IMG/VR virus record: IMGVR_UViG_3300031753_000002
Span: 22,785-86,784 of that record
Direction: 5' to 3' (one strand)
DNA: 64,000 nucleotides
Source: a virus
Below the pieces are notes generated by a model that was given only the letters and a program-made list of their open reading frames with translations, searched no databases and had not been told where the DNA came from. Shown piece by piece: positions 1 to 9,740 of the stretch (position 1 is the first letter of the stretch; every line of letters begins with the position of its first letter). The translations under genes were made by a program, and so were the position numbers.

Positions 1-360
1 GGCTCGGCGCTGAGGAACGGCAATGGCCTTTTGTGGCACGGCGAGCGACGGACCGCCGAGACCGGGCAGTAATTTATTGCGCGCCTCGATCTTCTTTTTC
101 AGGCCCGCGATTAGCTCTTGCTGCGCCTTGCACGCCGCTTCAAAAGCGACAAGGTAAGCGCCCCACGCTGTCGCGTTTGTATGGGTCGAGAGCGACCGCC
201 ACGTCCGCTCAAGCGGCATAAGCTGTTCCACACGGAAGGTCTTTTCGCTCGAATCGACGATGACTCGGATGATCCGAGTGGGTACCATGAACAACCAGAC
301 GCGCCAGCCCTCGGGGACCGTGTCGAGCAATGCTTGCATTGCTGGGATGGGCGCGATCAT
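1..360 (-). CDS. hypothetical protein, runs off the window edge
   Basis: Manual translation from ATG at 360 (MIAPIPAMQALLDTVPEGW...) is open to position 1; same orientation as neighbours. Confidence 0.6.
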   Translation of the reverse strand, partial: MIAPIPAMQALLDTVPEGWRVWLFMVPTRIIRVIVDSSEKTFRVEQLMPLERTWRSLSTHTNATAWGAYLVAFEAACKAQQELIAGLKKKIEARNKLLPGLGGPSLAVPQKAIAVPQRRA

Positions 361-367
361 GATATTC

Positions 368-577
368 TCAGGAGCCGGCGCTTGCTATTGTCCGGCCGCG
401 CGAGCCGGCGCCAGTAACACAGCTTGTGCGCCGCGCGGGCCGCGTTGCGTCTTGCCGATCGGTAGCTCGATGCGTGTCGCATTTCAACCTCTTTACAATG
501 CGGATCGATTCGCACTCCGCCCCGCTCCATAGCAGAGCGCGCACGACTGCGTCAATAGCGTCGTTCCATTCACTCAT
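368..577 (-). CDS. hypothetical protein
   Basis: ATG overlaps the stop of 574..879 and fills the operon gap. Confidence 0.4.
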   Translation of the reverse strand: MSEWNDAIDAVVRALLWSGAECESIRIVKRLKCDTHRATDRQDATRPARRTSCVTGAGSRGRTIASAGS

Positions 578-879
578 TTGAAATGCGTCGCCGTGAGTCG
601 ATGCGAACCGGGCGTGAGTTCAATGACAGTCGCACCGCATATGTGCAACTTTTTCCAAAGCCATTGCGGAATCGGGGGGTCTTTCACCTCAATGAATGTG
701 ATGTGATCGTATCCAACAAGGTCTTTCGCGTATTTGATGACCCGAAGATGGGAATGAGAAGCGCTCGATCCAACCTCATGCAAGAAAGCCTCCACCGCGT
801 CGCGGTGGAGATCGTAGCAGAATAGGTGCCGGGCGCTGGTCACGTTAGCCCTGTCGTTCGAAGTCTTCGCGTTCGACAA
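574..879 (-). CDS. hypothetical protein
   Basis: ORF in the leftward operon; true start may be the GTG near 843. Confidence 0.5.
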   Translation of the reverse strand: MSNAKTSNDRANVTSARHLFCYDLHRDAVEAFLHEVGSSASHSHLRVIKYAKDLVGYDHITFIEVKDPPIPQWLWKKLHICGATVIELTPGSHRLTATHFK

Positions 880-1201
880 TGCCGCGGGCTTCCATGGCGT
901 GCACCGCGATGCCGGCGATCTTACGAATGATGCTCATAGTCCGATACTCGGGATACTCGGGCGGCTGTTTTTCTTGCGACCATGAAAGCTTGGCTCGGGT
1001 GACGTATTCGTCGAGCAAGAGAATAAACTCGCCGATCCTTAGCGGCGGGTTGTGGCCCCAGCGTATGTCCTGATACTCGCGCTCGCCATCGATTGCATTG
1101 TACACCATGTCGCGGCGTTCGCTCCGCGTCACTCTTGTCGGGAATTTTCCCGATACGCGCGATGCGGATCGGTGGGGCTGTGTAGCGTTCTCTATCGTCA
1201 T
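845..1201 (-). CDS. MazG-like (all-helical NTP pyrophosphatase-like) phage protein
   Basis: AIDGEREYQDIRWG ... IRKIAGIAVHAME pattern seen in phage MazG-like proteins; overlaps the stop of the HIRAN gene. Confidence 0.55.
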   Translation of the reverse strand: MTIENATQPHRSASRVSGKFPTRVTRSERRDMVYNAIDGEREYQDIRWGHNPPLRIGEFILLLDEYVTRAKLSWSQEKQPPEYPEYRTMSIIRKIAGIAVHAMEARGIVEREDFERQG

Positions 1202-1482
1202 TGGGGGACCTCGTATGTTATCGTGATGGTACAGCCGGCAATGGCAGCCTTCGCCGCCTTGATCGGCATTCCTCTATCCATCAGCGGTGCCAATTCCTCA
1301 GCGAGGCCGCGCGGCAAATAGCCGAGTATGCGATTACCCCACTGCACCGCGATGGCGTTCTTGTCGTACTTATTCGTCGGCTCACGCTTAAGCGCCAAAC
1401 CAGTGCCAATCTTCAAGCTCTGCACAAAGTCAGTGGCGCCTCTGTGGAACGACGTGCCTACGATCGCTGCGTTCTTGATCAT
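1198..1482 (-). CDS. HIRAN domain protein
   Basis: IVGTSFH...LKREPTNKYDKNAIAV...LGYLPR is the HIRAN signature. Confidence 0.9.
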   Translation of the reverse strand: MIKNAAIVGTSFHRGATDFVQSLKIGTGLALKREPTNKYDKNAIAVQWGNRILGYLPRGLAEELAPLMDRGMPIKAAKAAIAGCTITITYEVPQ

Positions 1483-1594
1483 CGCGGGACCTCGTTAGGC
1501 GTATGTAGGCGCCCAATCGTTGACCTTGATAAAGAAGACCTTCGTGAAGGGTTCATCATCCTTCAAGCCGGAACCGTACACGCCCCCTACCGGC

Positions 1595-2080
1595 TCACGC
1601 GAGCGGGTCGTCGTCGTTGGCGTCGTCCGCCCCGTCAGGGTCACCGAGAAGACCAGCGCAAGCCTCATAAACCGCATCGTAAAACTCAGGCTTCAATTGA
1701 CCAACGTTGGTCACGTTCCCGATTTCGTCGAGCAAATTCAGCGCCAGCTTCGTGCCTTCGCCCTTCTTGCCTCCGGTGCTTTCGTTGCCCTTTTCGATCA
1801 CGACTCGACGTATGATATCGCGAACCTCGTCTTGAGTATGCTTGCCGCCCGGACCCTTGGTCTGACCGGAGGGCGCCGAACCTGATGCGCCCTTGCCTGC
1901 CGCCGGCTTCGCGGCGGGCTTACCGCCCGGCGTACCGCCCGGCGCTGCACCGGCCGGCTTGTCAGGCTTGACCGTCGCCGCTTTTGCGGGGGCTGCCTCG
2001 GGCACGTCTAAGGCGCGTGGCCTTTTCGCAGCAATCGTTTCGAGAGCGGCTGCGATTCGCTCCAAGAGTTTGTCGGACAT
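1595..2080 (-). CDS. phage replication-module protein (Ala/Pro linker, C-terminal helical domain, acidic tail)
   Basis: TQDEVR...LLDEIG...VGQLKPEFYDAV resembles small proteins found beside PolA/SSB genes in phage replication modules. Confidence 0.65.
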   Translation of the reverse strand: MSDKLLERIAAALETIAAKRPRALDVPEAAPAKAATVKPDKPAGAAPGGTPGGKPAAKPAAGKGASGSAPSGQTKGPGGKHTQDEVRDIIRRVVIEKGNESTGGKKGEGTKLALNLLDEIGNVTNVGQLKPEFYDAVYEACAGLLGDPDGADDANDDDPLA

Positions 2081-2115
2081 TTGAAAAGGGACCTTTCGTT
2101 GGATTCGATATCGGC

Positions 2116-2144
2116 TTCCTAACCGCTGAATTTCAGCTTGTCAA
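2116..2144 (-). promoter_or_regulatory. sigma70-like promoter for the leftward operon
   Basis: Minus strand TTGACA-17 bp-TAGGAA upstream of ATG 2080. Confidence 0.55.
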
Positions 2145-2283
2145 GTGCGTTCGCAAAATCGGATAGGGTACCGGCATGCATGAGGATGACCATGAAGCTG
2201 GATCGCGCGGCATATCCGGTCGGCCAAGGTCTTACTCATATGTGTTGAGTCCTCTACAGCCGACGCCGGGTAAAAGTCAAGAC

Positions 2284-2312
2284 TTGCAATCTGTAAATCG
2301 GAATGATAAGGC
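2284..2312 (+). promoter_or_regulatory. promoter for primase-helicase, probably a leaderless mRNA
   Basis: TTGCAA-17 bp-TAAGGC ends 5 nt before ATG 2318; no SD. Confidence 0.4.
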
Positions 2313-2317
2313 GGATC

Positions 2318-4552
2318 ATGGGAACTCTCGATATCGCCCTCGATTGGTTGCGCCGTCATCCCGGCCACCACCTGTTTCCGACGAAAAACAAGTCGCAACC
2401 GCTTCTCGCGGAATACTTGAAAGCGTCCAGCAACAACCCTACGCAAATCCGCACATGGCACGCCTATTGGACTCAGCGGCTAGGCGAGGAACCGTGGTGG
2501 GGCCTCGCGCCCGAACTGTCCAAGATCGTGCCTGTTGATATTGATACCAAGCCGGGCAAGAGCGGGCAAGAAACATATGAGGCGCTCAACCTCGCCTATG
2601 GACCTTGGCCGCCGACGCTCGCCGTCGAGACGCCAAGTGGCGGCCGGCATCTGTGGTATGAGGGACCGCACCTATTCGCGCTTGGCTCTCCCAAATCTCA
2701 GCACCCTGGCATCGACTTTGCGCAGTTCATTCTCCTTCCCGGTTGCGGCGCTTACAAAGCGCTTAACGCTCGCCCAATCGCACCCGCGCCTGAGTGGTTT
2801 TACACTATCGCCAAGAAGCCCGAACGCGACATTGCGGAAACGCAAGAGCCTTCGACAGACCTCGATACCGACGCGGCGATCAAAGAAGCCACGTATTATC
2901 TGATCCATGACGCTAAGCCGTCCGTCCTGTATCAAAATGGCGAGAAGGCGCTGTATAATACGGCGTGTTGGCTCAAGGACCATAGCATCTCGTTTCAGAC
3001 GGCGTGCGAACTGCTTCAAGAACACTACAACGTTTTCCCCACATGCGACCCGCTGTGGAATTACGACGATGGTCCGGCGGCTGACCAGCTTGTCGTCAAA
3101 GTCCGCAACACCTACACCTACGCCAAAGAGAACGCGCCGGGCGAGAAGACGCCTGAGTCAGAATTCCGCGATGATGCGCCCGAACCGTTGACGCCGGCAG
3201 AGAAGAAAGCCGAGAAGAAAGCCACCAAGGAAAAGGCGCAAACTGAGAAGCTAGTCAAGCGCCCTCCCGAGGAACGTAGCCGCATCTGGACCTTCGCCGA
3301 GCTTTGCGATGAATGGGTTTGGCTGACCGTAATTGACCGCTTCTTGTTGCGCGCCGAGCCGGACATGATGTTGAAAACGGAAATCTTCGACAAGGCGTTC
3401 GCGTATGCTCGACCGGGCAAGGCAACGAAGCTCTCAAAGGCCATGTTCGATAAAGCGACCAAAACAATCCGAAAGCTCAAACGATCTGTGTTCATGCCCG
3501 GCAAACCAGAATTCCTTAATCACGGCCTCGATTACAATCTGTGGCGCCCTTCGTTGATCGTGCCCGCGCAAGGCGACACGACGCTTTGGAATGCGCATCT
3601 CGACTATCTCTTTCCTGATTCAGTGGACCGCGACCATGTGCTGAATTGGCTGGCGTGGTTCCTACAAAATATTGGCTTGAAACCGAAGCATGCATTGCTG
3701 ATTGCCGGCCGTATCCAAGGTACAGGCAAGAGCTTCATCGCCGAGGTTCTATCGCACATTATCGGAACAAAGAACGTTTCACCTATCGGTTCTGCCGAAC
3801 TGTCTAGTACGTTCAACAAATGGGCCATGGGATGTAAGCTTTTGTTATGCGAGGAACTGCGCGCGCTTGAAAGGGGCGAGGTCGCAAAGAAGCTGCACCC
3901 GATCATCACGCAAGAGGCAATCCCGATCAACAACAAGAACCAAGAGACGTTTGTTGCCGACAACTGCTTTGGCGTGTTTGCGATGACAAATGACGATGCC
4001 GCCATTCCACTTGACGGGACAGACCGCCGCTACCTTGTCGTGCGGACCAAGGCCAAGCCGAACCCCGATGCCTACTACAAGACGCTCTATGGTATTCTCA
4101 AAGATCAAAGCGCACTTGGCGCTATCGCCTGGGAGTTGATGCACCGCGACGTTGGCGCTTACGACGGTCAAGCCAAGGCGCCCTACACGGTCGCTAAGGG
4201 CGATATGATAGAGGCTGGCCTGAGCGATCTTGAACATTGGATAGTCGAGCATTCGAAGCAGCCACCATTCACGCGGCGCGTCATCTGCATTGACGACGTG
4301 ATCGAAATACTGCCAGCGCGCTTGCATCGGCAACAGCGTCTTGGCAATACGATTGCCTCGATCTTGCGTTCACGATTCCAAGGGGAAAAGATAGGGCAAT
4401 ACCGCTGCGGCGGGGAATTCAAGATGTTGTGGGGTATCAACGGATTTAAGCCGTGGAAGGAAGATGGCAGCCTCGGGAAAATCTATATGAAAGACCGCCA
4501 GGACGGTCCCGCCCCGGCGGCCCAAGACTTTGCAGAAGATGCCGGCGCCTAG
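2318..4552 (+). CDS. bifunctional primase-polymerase fused to a P-loop (DUF5906/SF3-like) helicase
   Basis: N-terminal Prim-Pol motifs VDIDTK and TPSGGRHLWY; C-terminal Walker A GRIQGTGKS, Walker B LLCEE, MTN and DRRY motifs. Confidence 0.9.
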   Translation: MGTLDIALDWLRRHPGHHLFPTKNKSQPLLAEYLKASSNNPTQIRTWHAYWTQRLGEEPWWGLAPELSKIVPVDIDTKPGKSGQETYEALNLAYGPWPPTLAVETPSGGRHLWYEGPHLFALGSPKSQHPGIDFAQFILLPGCGAYKALNARPIAPAPEWFYTIAKKPERDIAETQEPSTDLDTDAAIKEATYYLIHDAKPSVLYQNGEKALYNTACWLKDHSISFQTACELLQEHYNVFPTCDPLWNYDDGPAADQLVVKVRNTYTYAKENAPGEKTPESEFRDDAPEPLTPAEKKAEKKATKEKAQTEKLVKRPPEERSRIWTFAELCDEWVWLTVIDRFLLRAEPDMMLKTEIFDKAFAYARPGKATKLSKAMFDKATKTIRKLKRSVFMPGKPEFLNHGLDYNLWRPSLIVPAQGDTTLWNAHLDYLFPDSVDRDHVLNWLAWFLQNIGLKPKHALLIAGRIQGTGKSFIAEVLSHIIGTKNVSPIGSAELSSTFNKWAMGCKLLLCEELRALERGEVAKKLHPIITQEAIPINNKNQETFVADNCFGVFAMTNDDAAIPLDGTDRRYLVVRTKAKPNPDAYYKTLYGILKDQSALGAIAWELMHRDVGAYDGQAKAPYTVAKGDMIEAGLSDLEHWIVEHSKQPPFTRRVICIDDVIEILPARLHRQQRLGNTIASILRSRFQGEKIGQYRCGGEFKMLWGINGFKPWKEDGSLGKIYMKDRQDGPAPAAQDFAEDAGA

Positions 4553-4779
4553 TCAGTCAAGACGCCGACCGCCAAAATCCAATCGTCGAAATTCTCGATG
4601 ACCTCCGCGATGGCATCGGCCGCTTCCAACGATTCGGTCGCTTCGTCTTCCCGGCCTTCCTTGGATTCGAGCCGCTCGGCGCGCTCCCGTTCGCTGGCCT
4701 CCGCCTTTTCCAGCTTGCCCTTGGCCTTCTCCAAGAACGCGCCGGCTTCGTTGATTGCCTTCACACTGCTAGCCTTCAT
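4549..4779 (-). CDS. small helical hypothetical protein
   Basis: GGGAGA SD; TTGACA-17-CATGTT promoter on the minus strand at about 4817-4845. Confidence 0.65.
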   Translation of the reverse strand: MKASSVKAINEAGAFLEKAKGKLEKAEASERERAERLESKEGREDEATESLEAADAIAEVIENFDDWILAVGVLTD

Positions 4780-4980
4780 GATCTTCTCCCATTGGGGTTT
4801 GAGTGCAACGGCGCGAACATGACGCGCCGTTTACGTTTTTGTCAAGTCGCTTTCACACAGCGACTTGTCTCATTTGGTCCGCCGCGCTCTTAGCGATGAA
4901 CCCCCTGTGCACGCTCCAAGGTTCAATCCTCGGGCTTGGCGTTTTGAATTTCTTGATTTTGGCGGTGCGTAATAGCTATG

Positions 4981-5232
4981 TCAAGACCGTCGAGAGAACT
5001 GGCGCAGTCGGGTGCCGGCCCCGGTGTAAAGCTTGAGCATCTCTTGGACCGCCGCGGTGTCGATTCGAAGGCGGGTTACCGCCTCGCCGACCGTCTCGCC
5101 GGATAGCAGGCAAACGGAGGCGAGCGCCCCGGCGGCCATGGAAAGGGCATGTTCGCGGTTCCAGGGCTGGCATGTCGCGGCCCGCCGCAGGAAGGCGAGC
5201 GTTTGCTGTTCGGAGGTTTTTTGCGTCCTCAT
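4981..5232 (-). CDS. hypothetical protein
   Basis: MRTQKTSEQQ... start chosen because the longer ORF runs through non-coding repeats. Confidence 0.4.
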   Translation of the reverse strand: MRTQKTSEQQTLAFLRRAATCQPWNREHALSMAAGALASVCLLSGETVGEAVTRLRIDTAAVQEMLKLYTGAGTRLRQFSRRS

Positions 5233-5374
5233 AGGATGAAATCCTCGCGAAGCTTTTTGGCTAGACCGATATTCGCTCCGCCAGGTCTTTGTTGACTTGG
5301 GCATCGGTCCCTGGTCAGCGCGAGCGATGAGTGAGATCAACATTTTGGTGGACTTGGACCCTTCGGTGACTATG

Positions 5375-5502
5375 GCATCTAGCCGATTTTTTAGCAGATC
5401 ACCGGGCAAATTCATGAATGATTTCAGAGTGCATCTAGCCGATTTTTTAGGTGGTGTCAACGGCGTGATCGCAGGTCACCGGGCAAATTCATGAATGATT
5501 TC
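5375..5502. repeat. interleaved direct repeats
   Basis: GCATCTAGCCGATTTTTTAG at 5375 and 5431; TCACCGGGCAAATTCATGAATGATTTC at 5399 and 5476. Confidence 0.85.
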
Positions 5503-5760
5503 GGCGTAGTGCATATGCTGTCCGGTTCTATGGTCACCATAAATTCGTTTGTTATTTCAATTGGCTATCATATGGGTGACCCTGTTTACCCTATATTACT
5601 ATATATAGGAATTATAATATATGTATGTATGAAGTGGAAATTCGCACTCTGGGTCACCTATACGTTAAGTTATTGTTTTATCAGAGTAAAATATGGTGAC
5701 CTAGGGCCAAGCTCTGGGTACGACATCGGGCGCCTCGACTAAAAGTGGATTTTATGCCAT

Positions 5761-6301
5761 GTTAACCATTTTTGTTCACCATTTACACCTGCGTTAACCA
5801 TTTTTGTTCACCATTTACACCCATGTGTACCCACTTAAATCACTGATTTTGCTCACGAAATCGGTTCTTTAGGTACCTCGGGCGGGTCCTGGCGTACCGG
5901 AAAGGCTAAAAATTAACATTAATGACCATGGCTCCCCCGTCGTTAACCATGCAGGAGCCGGGGCAGGCGGTCGCGCATTAACGTTAATTTTTAGTCTTAT
6001 CTTGCGATATGCCATAGCACCCGTTAAGGTTAATTCGCGGCCCCACCTCCGGCCAGCCGCGCATTAATATTAATTTTTAGTCTTACCTTGCGATGCCATA
6101 GCACTCGTTAAGGTTAATTCGGGTCCTGGCGTACTATAAAGGCTAAAAATTACCGTTAATGACCATGGCACCCCGTCGTTAACCATGTTTAATAAGTTTA
6201 ATTTTTAAGGTTACCACGGAAGGCCCGGGGCAGGTAAAGGCTCTACCGCCGGCCAGCCGCGCATTAACGTTAATTTTACACTGCGATGGCCATAGCACCC
6301 G
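5761..6301. repeat. AT-rich direct/inverted repeat array (candidate origin, terminus or control region)
   Basis: 29-bp tandem repeat at 5761 and 5793; unit A (~68 bp) at 5883 and 6120; unit B (~65 bp) at 5972, 6058 and 6258 (partial); the A core is approximately the reverse complement of the B core. Confidence 0.85.
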
Positions 6302-6688
6302 ATACTTAAAGATTGATGCATTAACCCAAGCGAGGCACCCCGTACGGGGAGCAGCCCAAGTTGGGGTCAGTTTGGGGGTGTCTGCGAGCTACGGGGTAGG
6401 ACCCAATTAACCACATCGAGCGAAAAATGCTATGTGCCCTACGGTATGCTCTCTTTCAGAAATTCCTAAAAATAAACGAAAAATAATAAAAATGAAAAGT
6501 GGAAAAATCTCGCCCCCTCGTTGTCTAAAAATTAACAACGAATCCAGGTCTCGCTTGACGCGCGCCTAACCGGCTGCCATACGTTGAATCCGTTGCAACC
6601 CGGAACAGGGCGGCGCGTTGTGGTGCCCTCCTAACAACTCTCTGGTGATGATCGAGGGCTCCGTTGAAGCGTTAAAAGGGAGCATGCT

Positions 6689-6865
6689 ATGAGTCGATAT
6701 ATCGTTTCAACTGAAGATGTGCACCACTCGTGCTGCTACGCGGCGGAGGTTCTCGATACAGAGACACTCGATCGCCACGACAATCCGGAGCGGATTTGCG
6801 AGTGTTTCGACCGTGCCACTGCGGAGAAAATCGCAGCGGCGCTCAACACAACGGAGGTGACATGA
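6689..6865 (+). CDS. hypothetical protein (58 aa)
   Basis: AAGGGAG SD; MSRYIV...HSCC...ICECFDRATAEKIAAALN; ATGA overlap with the next gene. Confidence 0.7.
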   Translation: MSRYIVSTEDVHHSCCYAAEVLDTETLDRHDNPERICECFDRATAEKIAAALNTTEVT

Positions 6866-7071
6866 CTCGTATCGTTAAACGTGGTGCGAACCTTCTCGAC
6901 TGCCAACGTCTCGCGCGCGAGCTTGGCGCCGAGATTTCTTTTTACCGCAAAACGGGCGAGCTTCGTTTTTGGCATCCGGCAGTGCCTGTCACGATGCGCG
7001 TCAATAGCCGGCGCAAGGACGCGCCGCGGGCCTTGACACATTGGCTCAATCGTGTAGGGAGTGCGTTATGA
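6862..7071 (+). CDS. small basic protein, possibly HicA-like fold
   Basis: GGAGG SD; helix then RKTGELRFWHP strand pattern. Confidence 0.55.
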   Translation: MTRIVKRGANLLDCQRLARELGAEISFYRKTGELRFWHPAVPVTMRVNSRRKDAPRALTHWLNRVGSAL

Positions 7072-7277
7072 GTTTTGATCGTGATCAATTTTGGCTTCAA
7101 CCCCGTGTCGAAGGCGCGACTGGTATTACCTCGTACAATCACGAGCTTGACATATCAATCGGATGTCTGCTTGATTCACTCTTGCGCGACTCGGCGCGAC
7201 TGACTGGCGACAATGCGACGTGGTTTCGAAGCCGCTTGAAATTCATCAAGCAAGCATGGGAGCATCAGCATGGATAG
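7068..7277 (+). CDS. hypothetical protein, paralog family with 8065 and 51228
   Basis: GATGI...ELDISIG...RLKFIKQAWEHQ shared with 8065..8637. Confidence 0.7.
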   Translation: MSFDRDQFWLQPRVEGATGITSYNHELDISIGCLLDSLLRDSARLTGDNATWFRSRLKFIKQAWEHQHG

Positions 7278-7422
7278 GCAGATCATTCAAATCGCGGCTG
7301 CGGACAAGAACTTGTACGCGTTGTGTGATGACGGCACCGTATGGGTTTTCCTAGACGCGCCGGTTAGTGGAGGATGAATTTGGGAGCGGATAGTGCGCAT
7401 TCCGCAGGGGAGGCGCCAATGA
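7270..7422 (+). pseudogene. small phage protein interrupted by an in-frame TGA at 7375
   Basis: MDRQIIQIA...LYALCDDGTVW...GG*IWERIVRIPQGRRQ*; the final stop overlaps ATG 7419. Confidence 0.55.
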
Positions 7423-7808
7423 GTGCCGCCCTGGACAAGCTGCACGTCGCGGCCGTGCGCCGTATGTACGGAGTGAAGCGGCAAACAATCAGCACGGACA
7501 CGCCGTGGGCTGTAGTCGAGCAAGGCCGTGAGATAAAGCTCGTGCGGACGCGGCGGGAAGCGCGGCGCATTGCAGAGTATCTCAACTCAATGCGGGCTAC
7601 TCGCTTGCGGGCGCAGTTCGGTGTTCCTGATCCTGCACTGATGCGTGAGGCGGCTGCGGCGCTGCGGGCGTTTAGAGAAGACGGCGACGACCCCGGCGAT
7701 CGTTACAAGAATGTTGCGGAGTGGATCGACGAAGAAGCGTATGACCGCGAACGAATGATCGAGGAAGCGCGAGCGTTCGTCGCGTCGATCGAACCACCAC
7801 TGGTTTGA
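7419..7808 (+). CDS. hypothetical protein
   Basis: GGGAGG SD; ATGA coupling. Confidence 0.65.
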   Translation: MSAALDKLHVAAVRRMYGVKRQTISTDTPWAVVEQGREIKLVRTRREARRIAEYLNSMRATRLRAQFGVPDPALMREAAAALRAFREDGDDPGDRYKNVAEWIDEEAYDRERMIEEARAFVASIEPPLV

Positions 7809-8064
7809 TCTTCGCGGAGTGGCGGTCCGGGCCGGCGCGCTGAATCACGTCCGGACCGTCCTGATGATTCGGTGACAGTGGCTCGCCTCGCGCAGATCGT
7901 CAAGCAGTACGGAACACGCGTTCAGATTTTCTTCTACAAGGATGGCGACGTGATCGAATCGTTAACGATGCTTCCATGATCCGCTTGCGCGTCCGAAGAA
8001 TGCTTACTATCTTCGGACTGCCTTACTGGGCGCCAGTGAAGCCCATACCGCAAAGGAAAATCTC

Positions 8065-8637
8065 ATGACATGGGGTGCAACCGGATGGATGTTCCGTGGC
8101 GGCGCGACCGGTCCGACCACCTGTTGGCCCGCGAGTGGTCCCTCGCAAGAGGCGCTCGACCAAGCTGGTGTGCAGTCGCCCGATGTGGAGGTCAGCGTGG
8201 GCGCGACCGGAATCGTCATGGGCAACGGTGAGCTTGACATATCGATCGGCTCGCTTATTGACTTGGCGCTGTACGATGGGGCCAACACAGACAGCGCCGA
8301 ATTCTTTCGCCAACGTCTCAGATTCATTAGGCAAGCATGGGAACATCAACGTGGCAACAGCCGCGGCTGGTATCGGCGCTTTGCGTTCCCCTGGCCTGTC
8401 CCTGTCCGAATTATGCGGCATCCTTCGGACGTGACACTTGACCGAATCGAATATGTGTGGTTTGGAGCCTTCTGGCGTCGCTATGTCACGACTACTGAAG
8501 GGAATGGGGCCGGCGGCGACCGCTACATTATCGAGCACGTGCCGGCCTGGAAGAAAGAAGGTTTGCATTGGCTCGCAATTGAGCCGCACCACACTCATAA
8601 GAGCGAACGCTGGCGCAGTGAGGAAAGGGAAGGCTAA
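8065..8637 (+). CDS. hypothetical protein with three GATG motifs and the 7068-family domain
   Basis: AAGGA SD; TTGCGC-17-TATCTT promoter at 7985-8013; paralogy to 7068. Confidence 0.7.
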   Translation: MTWGATGWMFRGGATGPTTCWPASGPSQEALDQAGVQSPDVEVSVGATGIVMGNGELDISIGSLIDLALYDGANTDSAEFFRQRLRFIRQAWEHQRGNSRGWYRRFAFPWPVPVRIMRHPSDVTLDRIEYVWFGAFWRRYVTTTEGNGAGGDRYIIEHVPAWKKEGLHWLAIEPHHTHKSERWRSEEREG

Positions 8638-8864
8638 TGGGCAAGCCCACGAATCTCCCGATGAAAACGGCTCAGATCATGGGCCGCAAGACCTTCACTG
8701 CCTCGCCGTGCTTCTGTGGCTGTACGGAATTCTATGCGTCGAATGGCGGATGCGTCGAGTGCGCCAAGGCGCGCTCTCGCGCCCGCTATGCAACTCCCGA
8801 GGGGAAGCGGGCGCAACGGGAAGGCGACAAGCAGCGGTATCGCGTAAGGACCGGCAAGTCATGA
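8637..8864 (+). CDS. Cys-rich protein resembling the N-terminal Zn-finger of phage HNH endonucleases
   Basis: FTASPCFCG...YASNGGCVEC resembles YFTGNPCPHGH...ANATCVDC of 42663..43181. Confidence 0.6.
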   Translation: MGKPTNLPMKTAQIMGRKTFTASPCFCGCTEFYASNGGCVECAKARSRARYATPEGKRAQREGDKQRYRVRTGKS

Positions 8865-8946
8865 CGTGCACTGGCACCGCTGTTTTGATCAGGGCCTTGG
8901 TGTACTATACCCGAAAGATGGCGCGCGACGTGTACGGACTCAAGTG

Positions 8947-9126
8947 ATGGGACGAAAGATCGTAGGTCAGCTTCAAGCGCCGATAGCGATCGACAAAAAC
9001 TCGGCGCTCTACCACTACGTTCGATCGCTTACGCATCAGTGGATAGGAAACATGGAGGTCCCGCGGATCGACGCAACCGAAGCAGTGTGCCGCGCTCTTA
9101 TCGAGGAAGGTATTCGAGTGAAATGA
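8947..9126 (+). CDS. hypothetical protein
   Basis: Coupled small ORF in the early operon. Confidence 0.45.
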   Translation: MGRKIVGQLQAPIAIDKNSALYHYVRSLTHQWIGNMEVPRIDATEAVCRALIEEGIRVK

Positions 9127-9410
9127 ACCGCCGAAAGGTCTTAACTGGACTAGCAGCCGTAGGTGTCGCCGGCGTGCGTCGCTGTAGTGTTCGCAGGACC
9201 GATCGAGACGTTCTGGCCGCTGGGCAATTGCTACAGCAAGATCATAGCGAGCTTCGGCGCGGCACCCGCAATCCGGTATTCGAGCGAGCCCTTGGCACTG
9301 GACTGAAAAATAAAATTTCGCGCTAGGAAGCTTTAACTATATCCAGCGGTACGTGTTGCACCGGGCTGCGCAGGTGCTAATCTAGCTTGTGTAGCGAACA
9401 GGAGGACACC

Positions 9411-9596
9411 ATGATCGACAGTCGGGTACAGCGACAAGAGCCGCAACATCCCACTTTCGAACAACGGATAGTGGCGTTGCAGCGGACGGCGGAGCGCTTC
9501 CACGAAGCCTACATTGAGCAAGTTGCGGACTTCCATGCCGAGCGGTGTATAGCGCGACAACGTGCCAATCGGCCTTGGGATGCGAATGGTCAGTGA
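9411..9596 (+). CDS. hypothetical protein
   Basis: AGGAGG SD; upstream TTGCAC-17-TAATCT promoter. Confidence 0.65.
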   Translation: MIDSRVQRQEPQHPTFEQRIVALQRTAERFHEAYIEQVADFHAERCIARQRANRPWDANGQ

Positions 9597-9740
9597 GTGT
9601 GGCGGAAATGGTAAACGCTGAAAGTCGGTTGCCGCCGGCAAAGCTGGACGCGGGTGAGATGACATGGCTTCAGCCCTCCGGAGCCACAAGCCCAATGCGG
9701 AGGACCAGCGTATTGCAGAGTTCGAACCCTGCCGCTCATT
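9593..9740 (+). ncRNA. tRNA-like RNA with a ~95-nt structured insert in place of the anticodon/variable arms
   Basis: Acceptor GTGAGTG/CGCTCAT; D arm TGGCGGAAATGGTAAACGC; T arm GCAG(A)G-TTCGAAC-CCTGC; no canonical anticodon arm and no CCA. Confidence 0.65.

Noticed and set aside
5491-5742. 83-aa hydrophobic ORF
   Set aside because: It starts inside a repeat, lies in AT-rich control DNA and has no SD; probably spurious.
5761-6301. Possible CRISPR or mini-array
   Set aside because: The repeats are long, degenerate and partly inverted, with no regular unique spacers; no cas genes are present.
9665-9680. TCA within the tRNA-like RNA as an opal-suppressor anticodon explaining TGA 7375
   Set aside because: There is no 5-bp stem with a 7-nt loop around it, and TGA is used as a normal stop throughout the genome.
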